Assembly (NCBI GenBank): GCA_013416795.1
Contig: RQSC01000025.1
Coordinates: 183,979 to 247,978 of the forward strand
Direction: 5' to 3'
DNA: 64,000 nt
From: Prasinococcaceae sp. CCMP 1430
Taxonomy: Eukaryota > Plantae > Prasinodermophyta
The notes under the pieces are model-generated. The model did no database searches and was not told the DNA's origin. It saw nothing but the letters and a program-made list of their open reading frames with translations. The position numbers and the translations under genes are program-made. Numbering within the stretch: the stretch's first letter is position 1; every line of letters starts with the position of its first letter. This document shows positions 10,701-20,963 of the stretch, piece after piece.

Positions 10701-11275
10701 TGGGCGCGAGCGTCAGCGAAGCCAGGGAGGCCTATGCGGCGCCCAAGGGCTTCAAGGAGAGCGACGAATTCAACTTCATGGGCGGCGGTGGCGGTGGCGG
10801 TGGCGGTGGCGACGACGATGACGGGGAGTTCGCCGACTACGACGATCCGTACGACCTGGCGGCCGACGGCGACCCGTCGTCGTTCGCAGGTGGAGCAGAG
10901 GTGCGTGTCGCGTCTCCCGCCTTTCCCGCACCTGCGTGCCTTTTATCCAGATCGCATGCTCGCGAGGGCTGCGTCGCACCGCACGCGCGAGAGCTGACGC
11001 GCGTCCCTCCGAACTGGCAGGCCTTTGACGGCTCCTTCGGCGATGATCTGTTCGCAATGCTCGGCGCTCAGGTGGAGGAGGGCTTCGGCGTCGAGGAGGA
11101 CCTGGATGCGATCGCCGAGACGGGCCTCGCCAAGGTCGACGTTGAGATGAGCGTCAAGGGCGCAATGCAAGCGCTCGCGCAGAGCACGGAGGGCAGCGCC
11201 ATGCTGGCTTCGCTGGCCGGGCACGTGAGCGCCAAGCACGCGGAGACGCTCAACGCACTGATCGCAGCACTGTAA
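7733..11275 (+). CDS. IPO9: Importin-9-like karyopherin (IBN_N + HEAT repeats); in-frame introns at about 9215-9313 and 10901-11020
   Basis: RQLAACVLRQLVTKRW N-terminal motif, EWAADANQYVADEDD..SVR, an acidic C-terminal loop, and GTGCG...CAG introns (CTGAC branch point visible in the second). Confidence 0.8.
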   Translation: MAAAEPDAQLCAMLDATFSADAPTRTAAGRGVEELTARPGAAAALATVASAGTSWAHAGDATRQLAACVLRQLVTKRWEELAQDERDEVQRLLPLALGDPVGVVRTAAAAAVSTIADCTGVGAYDAANACARDGGGGWPTLLPGLHQAIVAGAAAPAGSPQAYLGSGAMRCLEMLAEDLRGPALLSATAQLMPPLLNALGAGARACTPLTADALSFVAEAVAGLAMSEGGAQGRATARQLKTLLPGWLAAAAGLISECTASVDALVRAYNGRAADSGGADAAVLRCLCARKALRLTQASLTGFGKYVQGELAAPLQAGWSLLMRARGAYAAAFAHGCDGRALDARRVQEGLEAMLSQLLELLISVVEHPRFADSLEDAVGELAPCAVLYMRMTRDQQDEWAADANQYVADEDDFACSVRDGATMLAEELCEVYGETAMRALGAAVWGELGAADAARTAGDAHWWRGVEAALYAAGRICHQVQGTQHEGADGALQVRDAMCAARFCRPTCARASRQALTCVHHARAPQLPRLVEVCCSLLAGAGVNVGADSEELCFVRGRAMWMCSRYASSLSPDAAKDVTQRAAAALCSDGSPMPLRVCACRAIAALARRAKEEETSGVAGSKAVLVASLPAVYAGACAMAQQVDEDTLHLVLELFSSVIKLDAHAAAAAAGMVAPLALAVWQANYNDPLIAEDASEVLQELVGTAEHAAAAVLSRAVPGIRSMLTSGSASASGSEETGMLEASLHLLASITRRAPPAAARAAYEELAPATLACVSNDADSGVVQGACQALRAFVHAAGSAQELAAWAGGAAMQHMIECASRLLATGASAMSDRSIMFSGGFLRTLLARLPAGAEADGVSCAIAVGSAQRLVAQDAMPALKPTLALVLARCAQLRSATDVLHALGAGVGPAIEAWCEAHAEVQGAYEVRLSLHGLLALLATCSPVLLSTVVRGEPTDSSGGGMLTRSQVAKGGPQQYTQVPMGAKILGVLGASVSEAREAYAAPKGFKESDEFNFMGGGGGGGGGGDDDDGEFADYDDPYDLAADGDPSSFAGGAEVRVASPAFPAPACLLSRSHAREGCVAPHARELTRVPPNWQAFDGSFGDDLFAMLGAQVEEGFGVEEDLDAIAETGLAKVDVEMSVKGAMQALAQSTEGSAMLASLAGHVSAKHAETLNALIAAL

Positions 11276-11530
11276 AGACTACAGGCTATGTCAAGTTCTG
11301 TACCATCAGATCGTACCGTGATGGTACCGGACCAAAGTGTTGGGTGGACGTTCATTCGGGTTGAACTGCGATCGTGTGCTAAAAAGTTGAGATAGTTGGT
11401 GTTTCATATTTTTGGACCTCTCGAGTCCCATCATTCTCAGCTAGGGTTTCTTCAGCAAAGGGGAGGAAGCTGCTGCGGGGGGCGCTGGGTGGGCGCGTGG
11501 CGCTCCAGGCAGGCGGCCAGGCCGGCAGCC

Positions 11531-12689
11531 ATGGCGGCGGCCGTCGCCGAGCAGGTGATGCAGGAGAACGTGGAGATGCAGGACGAGGAGGAGCAGATGG
11601 ACACCGGGCCGGTGCCGCTGCAGGCGCTGGAGGGGCAGATCACGGGCATCACGTCCGGTGACCTCAAGAAGCTCATCGACGCGGGCTTCACGACTATGGA
11701 GGCAGTGGGCCGCTCGACGAAGAAGTCGCTCATCGAAGTCAAGGGCATCAGGTGCGTCCGCGTGGCGCGCTCTGCGCACTGGCCGGCAGGCGCGCGCGCA
11801 CACGCGCTGTATCCCTGCCTGCTGGCAGCCGCTGTGTCTGACCCCGACCACACGCGCACGCGAACGTAGCGAGAACAAAGCGGACAAGCTCATGGAGTAC
11901 ATCTCCAACCACCTGCAGATGGGGTTCACCAGCGCGGCCGACCACGCGCTGCAGCGTCAGGACATGGTGATGGTGTCGACGGGCGCAAAGGAGCTCGACA
12001 AGATTCTCGAGGGCGGGCTGGAGACGGGGTCCATCACGGAGATCTACGGCGAGTTCCGCACAGGCAAGACGCAGCTCTGTCATACGCTGTGCGTGACGTG
12101 CCAGCTGCCAATGGACCAGGGCGGGGGCGAGGGCAAGGCGTTGTATATCGACACGGAGGGCACATTCCGCCCGCAGCGCCTCGTGCAGATCGCCGAGCGC
12201 TTCGGCCTGAACGCGCAGGACGTGCTGGACAACGTGGCGTACGCGCGCGCGTACAATAGCGACCACCAGAGCCAGCTGCTCCTGCAGGCCGCCAGTATGA
12301 TGACCGAGCAGCGCTTCGCGCTGCTGATCGTCGACAGTGCGACTGCGCTCTACCGCACGGACTACAACGGCCGTGGGGAGCTGAGCGCGCGCCAGGTGCA
12401 CCTCGGCAGGTTCCTGAGGAGCCTGCAGCGGCTAGCCGACGAATTCGGCATCGCGGTCGTGGTGACCAACCAGGTCGTGGCCAAGGTCGACGGTGGCCCC
12501 ATGGCATTCGGGCCACAGATCGCGCCCATCGGCGGCAACATCATTGCGCATGCCAGCACCACGCGCCTCTGGCTCAAGAAGGGCCGCGGCGAGAACCGCG
12601 TGTGCAAGATCGTTTGCTCGCCGAGTTTGCCCGAGGCAGACGCGGAGTTCGCGATCTCGCCCGAGGGCGTGGTCGACAGCAAGGGCTAA
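11531..12689 (+). CDS. RAD51: RAD51 recombinase; join(11531..11751,11870..12689)
   Basis: [46 protein letters not shown] (RAD51-type, not DMC1-type). Splicing GTGCGT...CTGAC...TAG restores KGISENKADK. Confidence 0.97.
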
Positions 12690-13118
12690 ATCCCTCCCCC
12701 GGCCCCCCTCTCCCGACACCCAACCCCTCCACACACACATACGCTTCTCCACACGTGTGCCCGGCGGCGCCGCCGCAAGCTCAGGGCTGGCACTGCGTGC
12801 GGCTAATTCGCCGCAGGTCGGCTGCCCATGTAACACTATGATCCCCTCCCCATGTTATTGGTGGGAGGCGCCAACGTCCTGTGACACGCGCTGCCCGCCG
12901 CGCCGCTCTACTCGCGGGCGCGCCCTGAGTGAGCAGAGCGCCCGACTCGAGCCTGTGATAGTGATTGAACTGAGGTGTGCCGACTGTGCATGTGTCGCGA
13001 GGCAAACCCCATTATTAGTCTAGACTAGTCGTCTAGAGTAGCGAGCGCGCGACACGCGACCACAAGGAGACGCGCTCGCCCTCGCACCTCACGGCGCGGC
13101 TCCGCGGCCGCGCTCGCG

Positions 13119-14008
13119 CTATCGCCTGCGCAGGGGGGCGTTGACATCATCGATCGCCACTAGCACGACCTGGTCGCCGCGCAGAAAAATTTGGGCCATG
13201 TGCCGCGTGCGGTGCTGCTGCCGCGACCGCAACTTCCTCCCGCCCGTGCCCTGCTCCTGTGCGCCTATGGCATCGGCAGCGCCGCCGACGGCCGCGAGGT
13301 GACGCGGTGTCGCGAGCACGGTGTAGACCTCGTCAACATCGCGAAGTACCATGTTGAAGTGGCGGTCGAAGGCCACGACGAAGCCCACGGCCACGCCCCG
13401 CACGCCGCGCGCGTGACGCGTCGTCACGCGCACGCGTCGCCGCCCGGCAAAGGCGCTCGCGAGCACGCGCAGCGGGCCCTCCGGCGCCTCCTCCCTGCCC
13501 GCGCCACTGAGCTCTTGACGCAGCGAGCGCTTCACGGCGGCGGCTACCGGCGTGCGCCCGGGAGCGCGCGGGTCAGCCGAGGGCGCGCATCTCGCCAGCG
13601 GCGAGCGCGCCGGCAAAAGGCACTGCGGCAGCACTCACCGGCTGCCCGCTCGACGAGGGTGGTCGCTCGCGCGCGCCTCTGCGCGGCAGCGTCTGCAGCC
13701 ATGCGGCTCGCCTTCATCCTCTCCTGCGTGGCAATCGACTCGGCCGTGCGGCGATGGCGCTCGCCGCGATTGGCTTGAGCTTCGGGCATCTCGGCGGGCA
13801 GCAGGCCCACGCATCGGCTCAGGTTGTCGAGCGGCGGGGCAGTGACGTCCGGAGGCTGAAGCCCGGGAGCGCGCAGCGCCGCGAGCGCATCGAACCCGTC
13901 CGACAGGAAGTCTAGCGCACCGGCCCGGCCTTTGTCTTCCGCAGCGCCGCCCGCGCTGCTCGCACCGCCTGCGCTGCCTGCAGCGCTTGCGGCGCCCGCA
14001 CCGCCCAT
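13119..14008 (-). CDS. LSM11: LSM11-like U7 snRNP Sm-like protein; complement(join(13119..13543,13639..14008))
   Basis: N-terminal LDFLSDGFDALAAL..P..PLDNL resembles the LSM11 N-terminal motif. The Sm1 motif (VRVTTR..RGVAVGFVVAFDRHFNMVLRDVDEVY) is separated by a long insert from Sm2 (RHMAQIFLRGDQVVLV). The intron is GTGAGT..CTGAC..TAG. Confidence 0.8.
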
Positions 14009-14440
14009 CCCACCGTATATCCCCTTGCAGTGGGTGCGCAAAGAGCGGGAGCGTGGCTTCAACTCCTCCCTCCCCTCCCTCCCGTGACCCCTCCCCCCTG
14101 CCCCCGCGGTCCCTGCCCTCGCACGCCCTCTCCCCCGAGCGCCGCTAAGGCGGCAGCTGCCGCTGCCGCGCGGCGCATGCGCTGTGTGGCACGCCGCGCG
14201 CCAATGGTCAGACGGCCCAATCTGACGGACCGCGCTCGCCGGCGCGCGCACTAGCGCCTGGGGGTGCCCACATGGCCAACGGGGTACGGGCTACCGCGCA
14301 GGGGCAGTCACGTGCGCGCGTGAGCGCCACACGCTCTCTCGCGCTCTCATGCGCACGCACGGCGCTTCGAGTGACGGGGCCACGCGCGCGCTCGTGCGTG
14401 GCCCAGGGCGCGCTATTAATAAGGCAGGGAGCGCCACGCG

Positions 14441-15057
14441 CTAGTCGCCGCTCTCGCCGCTGAGCTCGAGCGCCCGGAGCGCGCGCGCGGCGGCGGCGGC
14501 GGCGCCAGCGGCGGCCTTCGTCTCTGGTGTATCTCCGCCTGGGGGGGGAATGCGCCGGGAGGCTCTGTTAGCAGATGCGCGTATGGACGGGTGTGGTACA
14601 AACGGACGCGAACAGCGGAGCTTCTCTTCCCCTCCTGGCACGCACAGACGCATCCATTCGGCGGCGCACGTACCTCCTTCCGCTGCCCTTTTCGCGCTAT
14701 CCTCCAGGTCTCTGAGCGCACTCATAGCTCCAGCGTCGCGCGCCGCCTGCAGCCCGCCAGGGGTGCGGACTATGTTGGCCCCGCCGCTCGACGCTGCGCG
14801 TTTGGCCTCCTCGGCAGTGCGCGCGGCGATGCGCCGCTCGGACGGACGCGCCGCAGCGAGCGCCTCGAGTGCGCCGGCCGCTGCGGCGGCGTCAGCGGGA
14901 TCCTCCGCACGCGCGAAATCCGCGAGCGGCTCGGTCACGCCTGCCTCGATCGCGGCGGTCGCGCGCCCCGCGCTTCCGAGCGTGCATGCACGAAGCGCAG
15001 AGGCGGCCGCACGCTTGGGGCCGCTCGCGTGCCCCTCGCACAGGATGCGCGCGAGGA
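14441..15057 (-). CDS. Armadillo-repeat protein fragment; 5' part lost at single N 15058
   Basis: LARILCEG...KRAAASALRAC......AAIEAGVTEPLADF...AAAAAGALEALA fits the ARM repeat pattern. Confidence 0.5.
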
Positions 15058-15437
15058 NCCTGCCCCCCCTGCTCCCCCACTGCTTGGGGGCCCGCGCTCC
15101 GCCTCGAACGCCCGCCCGCCCCCCCCGCCCCCCGCCGTTATTACGACGCGCCGCGGTGGCGCGAGCGACGGGATGGATCGTTCTGAGGGTCATTTCCGCA
15201 CGGCCGGCGGTGCCCCGGGCCGGCGCGCGCACCGGAAATCCGGGCCGTTTTCCTTTGGCGCGGGCGCGGGCGCGCGGGCGCGGCTCGATTTGGCGAGCTT
15301 CGCGAGCTTCGCGCTGAGGTGGCGCCCCGAGACTGCGGCGGCGCCGTGCGCGGACGGGTTGGGGTGCGGTGGGAGGGAGAAGGGTGCCGCGCCACAGCAC
15401 GCGCCGCGGTGGCACTGGAACACAGCGGCGCGGCGCG

Positions 15438-16592
15438 ATGTCGAGCTCGGGAGCGTGGGAGGCGCTGGCGGCGGCGCCGCCGCCGTGGCTTGGCGAGCTC
15501 GCCGAGCTTGTGCTCGTGCTGGCGCCCGCCCTCATCGCGTTGGCCGCTGTCGCGAGCGAGAGCAAGAGCTTCGCCGTCGGCGCACAGCTGGGCGAGCTCG
15601 AGACGCGCGTGCTCGCGGCGCTGCCAAGCAAGCACAGGGAACGCGCGGAGACTGCCATCGGGAAGGCCAGGAGCAAGGCCGAAGACCTCAAGAAGGCCGT
15701 CAGTTCGCGGGTTCGGGTGCCCCGGGCTGAGACGCGCCTGCGCGTCGCGGACAAGCTGACGTTTACCATGGGCTGCGCCAACATGGCGGTGACGCCGTAC
15801 ATCTGGGGTGCATTTCCAGAGCTATTCATCCCTCTTCACACGATCAAGGTCACGTTCATGGTCGCCGTGCGATGGGTTGTCTTCAAGACTCGCAAAGAGC
15901 ACTACTACCTCTTCGATTTCTGCTACTGCATGAATGCAATGCTCCTCTTCTTCCTGTGGGTGAGGCCCGACGACGAATCGCTCTTCCGCGCGTGCTTCGT
16001 GCTGGCCAACGGCCCCCTCGCTTGGTCCATCCTGGCCTTCAACTGCGCTATGGTCTTCCACTCGCTCCAGCACATAACCAGTCTTCACATCCACCTATCG
16101 CCGATGCTCGTCACGTACATCGTCAGGTGGCAGACGCCACCGGGGTACGCAAAGGTGGTCCAGGACACGGACGTGTCCAAGTGGCAGATGCTCGGGGGCG
16201 CTCTCGTCTTCTACGCGGCGTGGATGATCCTATACTACGCTTACATTTTCGTTCTGGCCTCCGACAGGATAAAATCGCGGGGATACCAGACGCTCTACAC
16301 GTTCGTCGTGGAGTCTACCCCCGCTGGCCGATTGCTGAAGCTGTGCCCCGAGTCCGTCAGGCCCATTGCGTACATGCTGATGCACTTCAGCTTCGGGATG
16401 GCCACCGCATCGTGCACATTGCTCCTATGGAATTCTAGGCTTGGGCACTTCGCCTTCATTGCCACCATGTCGGTCGCGAGCGCGTGGAACGCATCCGGCT
16501 ACTACTTCGACTACTTTGCAGCGAGATACGAAGGCAAGCTCAAACATAGGGCCGAGCATGTACGCGCCAGAAACGTGGCCAAGTCGGACTAG
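15438..16592 (+). CDS. GPC1: Glycerophosphocholine acyltransferase (GPC1/DUF2838 family)
   Basis: DKLTFTMG, HYYLFDFCY, NGPLAWSI..FNCAMVFHS..HITSL.IHLSP, GYQTLY, and multiple TM segments. Confidence 0.85.
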   Translation: MSSSGAWEALAAAPPPWLGELAELVLVLAPALIALAAVASESKSFAVGAQLGELETRVLAALPSKHRERAETAIGKARSKAEDLKKAVSSRVRVPRAETRLRVADKLTFTMGCANMAVTPYIWGAFPELFIPLHTIKVTFMVAVRWVVFKTRKEHYYLFDFCYCMNAMLLFFLWVRPDDESLFRACFVLANGPLAWSILAFNCAMVFHSLQHITSLHIHLSPMLVTYIVRWQTPPGYAKVVQDTDVSKWQMLGGALVFYAAWMILYYAYIFVLASDRIKSRGYQTLYTFVVESTPAGRLLKLCPESVRPIAYMLMHFSFGMATASCTLLLWNSRLGHFAFIATMSVASAWNASGYYFDYFAARYEGKLKHRAEHVRARNVAKSD

Positions 16593-16674
16593 CGAGGCAG
16601 GCGAGCGCGCTGCCAATGGCGCATCGTGGGTAATGTCACATGTAGTTAGGTTGCCGCCGCGCTGGTTGCAGGCA

Positions 16675-17150
16675 CTACCGCCCGGCGCCCTCCCAGAAGC
16701 CGCTGGTGTGCTCCTCGTTGGGCAGGCCGTACTTGCCGCAGAGGTACTCGACCTGCGTGCGCGCATGCGCAATGAGCTCGCCGGTGCGCTCGCCGTCCTC
16801 GGCCTGGAACGCAAGGAAGTTCTGCTTCGCCCAGCTTGTAGGCCGCACGCGCCACAGCGCGGCCGTCAGCATTTGGAGAGCGGGCGGTCTCGCGTACCGC
16901 ACGGGCGTTCGAGCGCGTGTGCTGCGTGACGACCACGCGCGAGAGCGAGGGCGTCCTGCCAACGCAGCGTAGCTGCCTCCTTTCCTACCTCTCCCCTATC
17001 GAGCTCACCAGCGGTAAAGCCAGGGTCAATGAGCTGTCCGACGACGCGCACGCACCTTCGGTAGTACTCCTGGGCGGAGCGATCCTCGAGGAGCTTAATT
17101 TTCCTCAGTGCGAGCCTGTACACCGCCTGCGCACTCGGCCGCCCCGCCAT
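16675..17150 (-). CDS. LYRM9: LYR-motif protein, LYRM9-like (84 aa); complement(join(16675..16834,17056..17150))
   Basis: The spliced product MAGRPSAQAVYRLALRKIKLLEDRSAQEYYRSWAKQNFLAFQAEDGERTGELIAHARTQVEYLCGKY matches the LYRM9 pattern. The GT-AG intron gives an in-frame product. Confidence 0.7.
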
Positions 17151-17967
17151 GGCGAGCGCAGCAACACGCGGCACAGCGGGGGTCACCGCCTTCGGAGATA
17201 AAAAATCGGAGGGCTCGAGCGAAGAGGAGGGCGACGGCGGTGCGTTGCACGCAGTTGCGTCTGTGCAGCGCGGGCCACGCCCGGAGGTGGCGCACCCTCC
17301 ACTGCTCCGTGCGCAGAGCGGTGCTGGCAAGGGGCGACGGCGAGGGGGGGGGGCGGCGCTGCGGCAGGCGGCCGCGCAGTATGTGAGATGGGGGGCGGCT
17401 GCCGCTCTGCGCTCGCGGTGGTAAATCCGCCCCCGCTGCGCGACCACCGGGACGCGCGCGCGCGGCGCAGGCTGCCTGCGCTGTGGCACACAACGCCTCC
17501 AGCCGCTGTTGCCCGCACCGTCGCCACCGCAGAGGAGGTGGTGCAGGGGATGGGGCGTCACGCGATCACAATTGCACGACCATCTAAAGTAGACCCTTTG
17601 TTAAAACAGTAAACAAGTTTGCGGTTGCGGTTGCAATCGGCGACCACGAACTCCAACAAGCGACTAGAGAAGAGCAAGCACACCGCGCCGTGGGCGGCCG
17701 GGGCGGCGGACGGCAGCGCCTCGAGGCAGCAGGAAGCTCGCGGGAGGGCTGGAGGCGTGGGCGTGGGACTCGATAAATAATGTTGTTAAGTATACAGTGG
17801 CCCGCGACGGGACCACAACTTCACTGAAGTTCATTCACTCTGGGCCTCGGGCGACGTCGCGTCGGCGGAGGCATGGGTGGCGGAGGGCGCGCTCGGCGAG
17901 CTCACCCTGCGCTGCGGGAAAAAGAAAACGCCGAGAACTCGTCGCTTGTGGACGTCGCGCTCGCTGC

Positions 17968-19851
17968 TCAGCTGCTGTAGGAGGTGACCACCTTGGCGGC
18001 CGCCTCGCTGATGGTGAGCCCCTCCTTCTCGGCGATCGCCTTGAGCGCGTCGAAGGTCGAGCTGTCCACGGCCAGGCGCGGCTGCGACGAGTACGACGGC
18101 GGCGACACGTACGCCTTCTGGTACTCGCGCAGCGCCACGAAGCCGATGCGGCTGCAGAAGTCGCCGAAGGACTCCGACTCCTTCCGGCGGCTCTTGAAGA
18201 ACGCGAAGAGCGGCTCGAAGAAGGTCTCGAAGTCACGCAGCTTGACCTTCTGCTTGTAGGGCTCGGCCAGGCGCGTGAGGTCGGGGCAGCCGCCCAGCCA
18301 GATCTCGTACGTGTTGGGACCGTCGCCCACGAAGCCCAGCTCAGCCATGTACGGGCGCGCGCAGCCGTTCGGGCAGCCCGTCATGCGGATGACGATGCCC
18401 TCGTCCTTCATGCCCATGCGCGTCAGCAGCGCGTCGAGGCGCGCGTTGACGTCCGGCAGGCCGCGCTCGGCCTCGGTAATGGCCAGGCCGCACAGCGGCA
18501 GCGCCGGGCACGCGATCGAGTTCAGCACGATGGGCGAGAGCGAGTCGGGGTCCGCCACGCCGGCGGCGTCAAGCGTCGCCTGGATGTCGGCCTTCCAGCT
18601 GGGGTCGACGTCGCACAGGATGAGGTCCTGGTTGGCGGTGAGGCGCACCTCGAGCTCGTAGCGGCCGACCACCGTGGCCACGGCCTTCTTGAGCGCGCCG
18701 CGCACGCGGCCGTTCACCACGTGCACGCCGACGAAGAGCTTGCCGTCGCCCTGCTCCCCCCAGCCCAGGTAGTTCTTGAACTCCCACTTGGCCATGGGCG
18801 CGGGCGCCTCGAACTGGAAGCCCTGGTACTCCTCCACCTTGGCGATGAAGTTCTCGAGCCCGAGGCGCTCGACGGTGTACTTCATGCGCGACATCTTGCG
18901 GTCGTCGCGGCGGCCGTAGTCGCGCTGCACGCACACGATCGCCTTGACGGCATGCAGCGCGCGCTCCTTGGGGACGAAGCCGAGGATGTCGGCGAGGCGC
19001 GGGTGCGTCTCGTCGTTGCGGTGCGAGTTGCCCATGCCGCCTCCGGCGGTGATGTTGAACCCCATGAGCTCGCCCGCCGCGTTGGTGATGGTGATCAGGC
19101 CGAGGTCGTTGGTGAACAGGTCGATGTGGTTGTCGCCCGGCACGGTCACGCCGATCTTGAACTTGCGCGGCAGGTACACGTCGCCGTAGATGGGCTCCAC
19201 GTCGTCGCCGTTGATGCCGCGCGAGTTGTCCTCGCGCACCTCCTTGACGAAGGGCGCCTCGACCTCCTGCGTCATGAACTTCTCGCCGTCGAGCCACACG
19301 TCGTAGTACCCGCCGCCCTGCGGGGCCAGCAGGTCCTTGACGTGGTTGGCCCACTCGACCGCGTGCAGGTACTCCGGCTTGGTCTTGTACGGCACGGGCG
19401 GCGCGGTGATGTTGCGGTTCACGTCGCCGCACGCGGCGAGCGTGGAGCCCATGTTCTTGATGACGGTGGAGAACACCGTCTTCAGGTCCTGCTTGAGCAC
19501 GCCGTGCAGCTGGAACGCCTGGCGCGTGGTGAGGCGCAGCGTGCCGTTGCCGTACTGGTCGGCGAGGTCGTCCATCACCAGGTACAGGCGCGACGGCACG
19601 ATGCCCGAGGGCGTGCGCGTGCGCATCATGAACTGGTAGAACTTGCCCTCGCCGAAGGTGCGCTTCTCGCGGTCGTCCTGCTGGTACGAGCCGTGGAACT
19701 TCATGAGCTGCGCGGCGCCTTCGTTGATGTTGGTGGCCTCGGTGATGAGCTCGTCAATGAGCGGGTAGCGCAGGTACGAGGACTGCTCCTTGAGCTCCTC
19801 GACCTTGGTGCGCTTGCCCTCCTTGATGTTGGGCTTGACCACCTTGGGCGG
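17968..19851 (-). CDS. SIR: Ferredoxin-dependent sulfite reductase; first exon (transit peptide) missing
   Basis: MKFHGSYQQDDRE, FMMRTRTP.G, LRLTTRQAFQLHG, YLPRKFKI, siroheme/Fe-S ligands ACPALPLCGLA and TGCPNGCARP. An acceptor CTGAC..GCAG precedes PPKVVKP. Confidence 0.95.
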   Translation of the reverse strand, partial: PPKVVKPNIKEGKRTKVEELKEQSSYLRYPLIDELITEATNINEGAAQLMKFHGSYQQDDREKRTFGEGKFYQFMMRTRTPSGIVPSRLYLVMDDLADQYGNGTLRLTTRQAFQLHGVLKQDLKTVFSTVIKNMGSTLAACGDVNRNITAPPVPYKTKPEYLHAVEWANHVKDLLAPQGGGYYDVWLDGEKFMTQEVEAPFVKEVREDNSRGINGDDVEPIYGDVYLPRKFKIGVTVPGDNHIDLFTNDLGLITITNAAGELMGFNITAGGGMGNSHRNDETHPRLADILGFVPKERALHAVKAIVCVQRDYGRRDDRKMSRMKYTVERLGLENFIAKVEEYQGFQFEAPAPMAKWEFKNYLGWGEQGDGKLFVGVHVVNGRVRGALKKAVATVVGRYELEVRLTANQDLILCDVDPSWKADIQATLDAAGVADPDSLSPIVLNSIACPALPLCGLAITEAERGLPDVNARLDALLTRMGMKDEGIVIRMTGCPNGCARPYMAELGFVGDGPNTYEIWLGGCPDLTRLAEPYKQKVKLRDFETFFEPLFAFFKSRRKESESFGDFCSRIGFVALREYQKAYVSPPSYSSQPRLAVDSSTFDALKAIAEKEGLTISEAAAKVVTSYSS

Positions 19852-19899
19852 CTGCACGCGGCGCGCGCGTCAGCCGGTCGCGTCCGCATCGGCGCGCCT

Positions 19900-19973
19900 G
19901 CTGTGCGGGGATGCGCGGATCTCACCAAAGAGCAACTTCATAAGCGTCGTCTTGCCCGCGCCGTTGACGCCAG
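19900..19973 (-). other. Isolated ABC ATPase Walker A fragment (ABCF-like) next to single N 19974
   Basis: Reads GVNGAGKTTLMKLLFGEI. A Lys-rich stretch (KKKNKNKKKESKK) lies on the other side of the N. The rest of the gene is absent. Confidence 0.55.
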
Positions 19974-20963
19974 NGCTTCTTGATGGCCTTTTTGGAGAGC
20001 TCGGACTGGTCGGTCTTCTTCGACTCCTTCTTCTTGTTCTTGTTCTTCTTCTTCTCGCACCGAAACGGCGTTCCGCGCGTCGCTCCCGCACATGCTTTCC
20101 CTCTCATCGCCGCGAAAACCGCGGTGTTTGCGCGTGCGCGTCTCCGCGGCTTTCGCGTCCCGAACCCCGCGGCGTTTGCGCTCCCCGCCCCCCCCCAACA
20201 ACGGTCGCGGGGCCGCCGCGCGACGCCGCCCTCCGCGGGGGGAAAAAGAACCCTAACGCCGCCGGAAGGGCAGGCGCAGTTGCGATGCGCTGATGAAGCT
20301 CCCGCGGAAAAAAAGAGGGCCGGCCGAGCTGTGCTCCTGCCTGTCTCTCTCCGGGCTCTTGACCGGCCGGCGGCGCCGCCGCGAGGCGCGCGGTGCGCCC
20401 ACGCTGTTCATCCGGAACCGGCCGGGGGTCGCTCCGTCTGACCGAGCCCTCGGTCGGTCGGGCGATCCGAGACCTGGGGTCCTGGTTGGGCTTGCGTGGT
20501 TGGGTCGTCGGCGACGGCTGTCGCGCGCGCCGCGTGGCAGTGCACTTTTCCGGCCGGAGCGCGCCAGCCAGCCAGGAGCGATCGCTCGCTGGCTGGGCGG
20601 CTGGTCGTCGAGGCCGGGCCGACCGCGACCGCGACCGCGACCGCAACCGCAGCCAGCCCGGGCCGGCGCGGCCGCTCGGCCACCGAACACCAACACGACA
20701 ACTCAAAAGCGCATCGCGCCCGCGGCGGTGCGGGCGCTTTTGGGTGGACCCTAATTTTTATCGAACCTGAATTCTGGCGCCGGGTCGGCGGGCCCCACGG
20801 GCGGCGCGCCCGCGTTTGAAAGCCGCGGCGCGGCGCGCCCGGACGGGGACGGGGACGGGGCGCCATTTCGGGGCGGGGCGGAGCGCGAAACGCGCCGGAG
20901 AGAACGGTATGCCGGAAAGGGCCAACGTACTTTGCGGGAAACGCGTTCGGGACGGATCGCAGC

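Noticed and set aside
7733-11275. Apparent insertions in importin-9 (VRDAMCAARFCR..., VRVASPAFP...)
   Set aside because: They are in-frame, stop-free GT-AG introns, not novel protein segments. The same applies to similar inserts in RPC34 and the SART3-like gene.
11300-11327. 9-bp inverted repeat GTACCATCA/TGATGGTAC after the importin stop
   Set aside because: It is a single short hairpin with no family context, and bacterial-type terminators are not expected here.
13010-13040. CTAG-rich palindromes (TAGTCTAGACTA) between convergent RAD51 and LSM11
   Set aside because: Too short to distinguish from chance, and it does not resemble a histone stem-loop.
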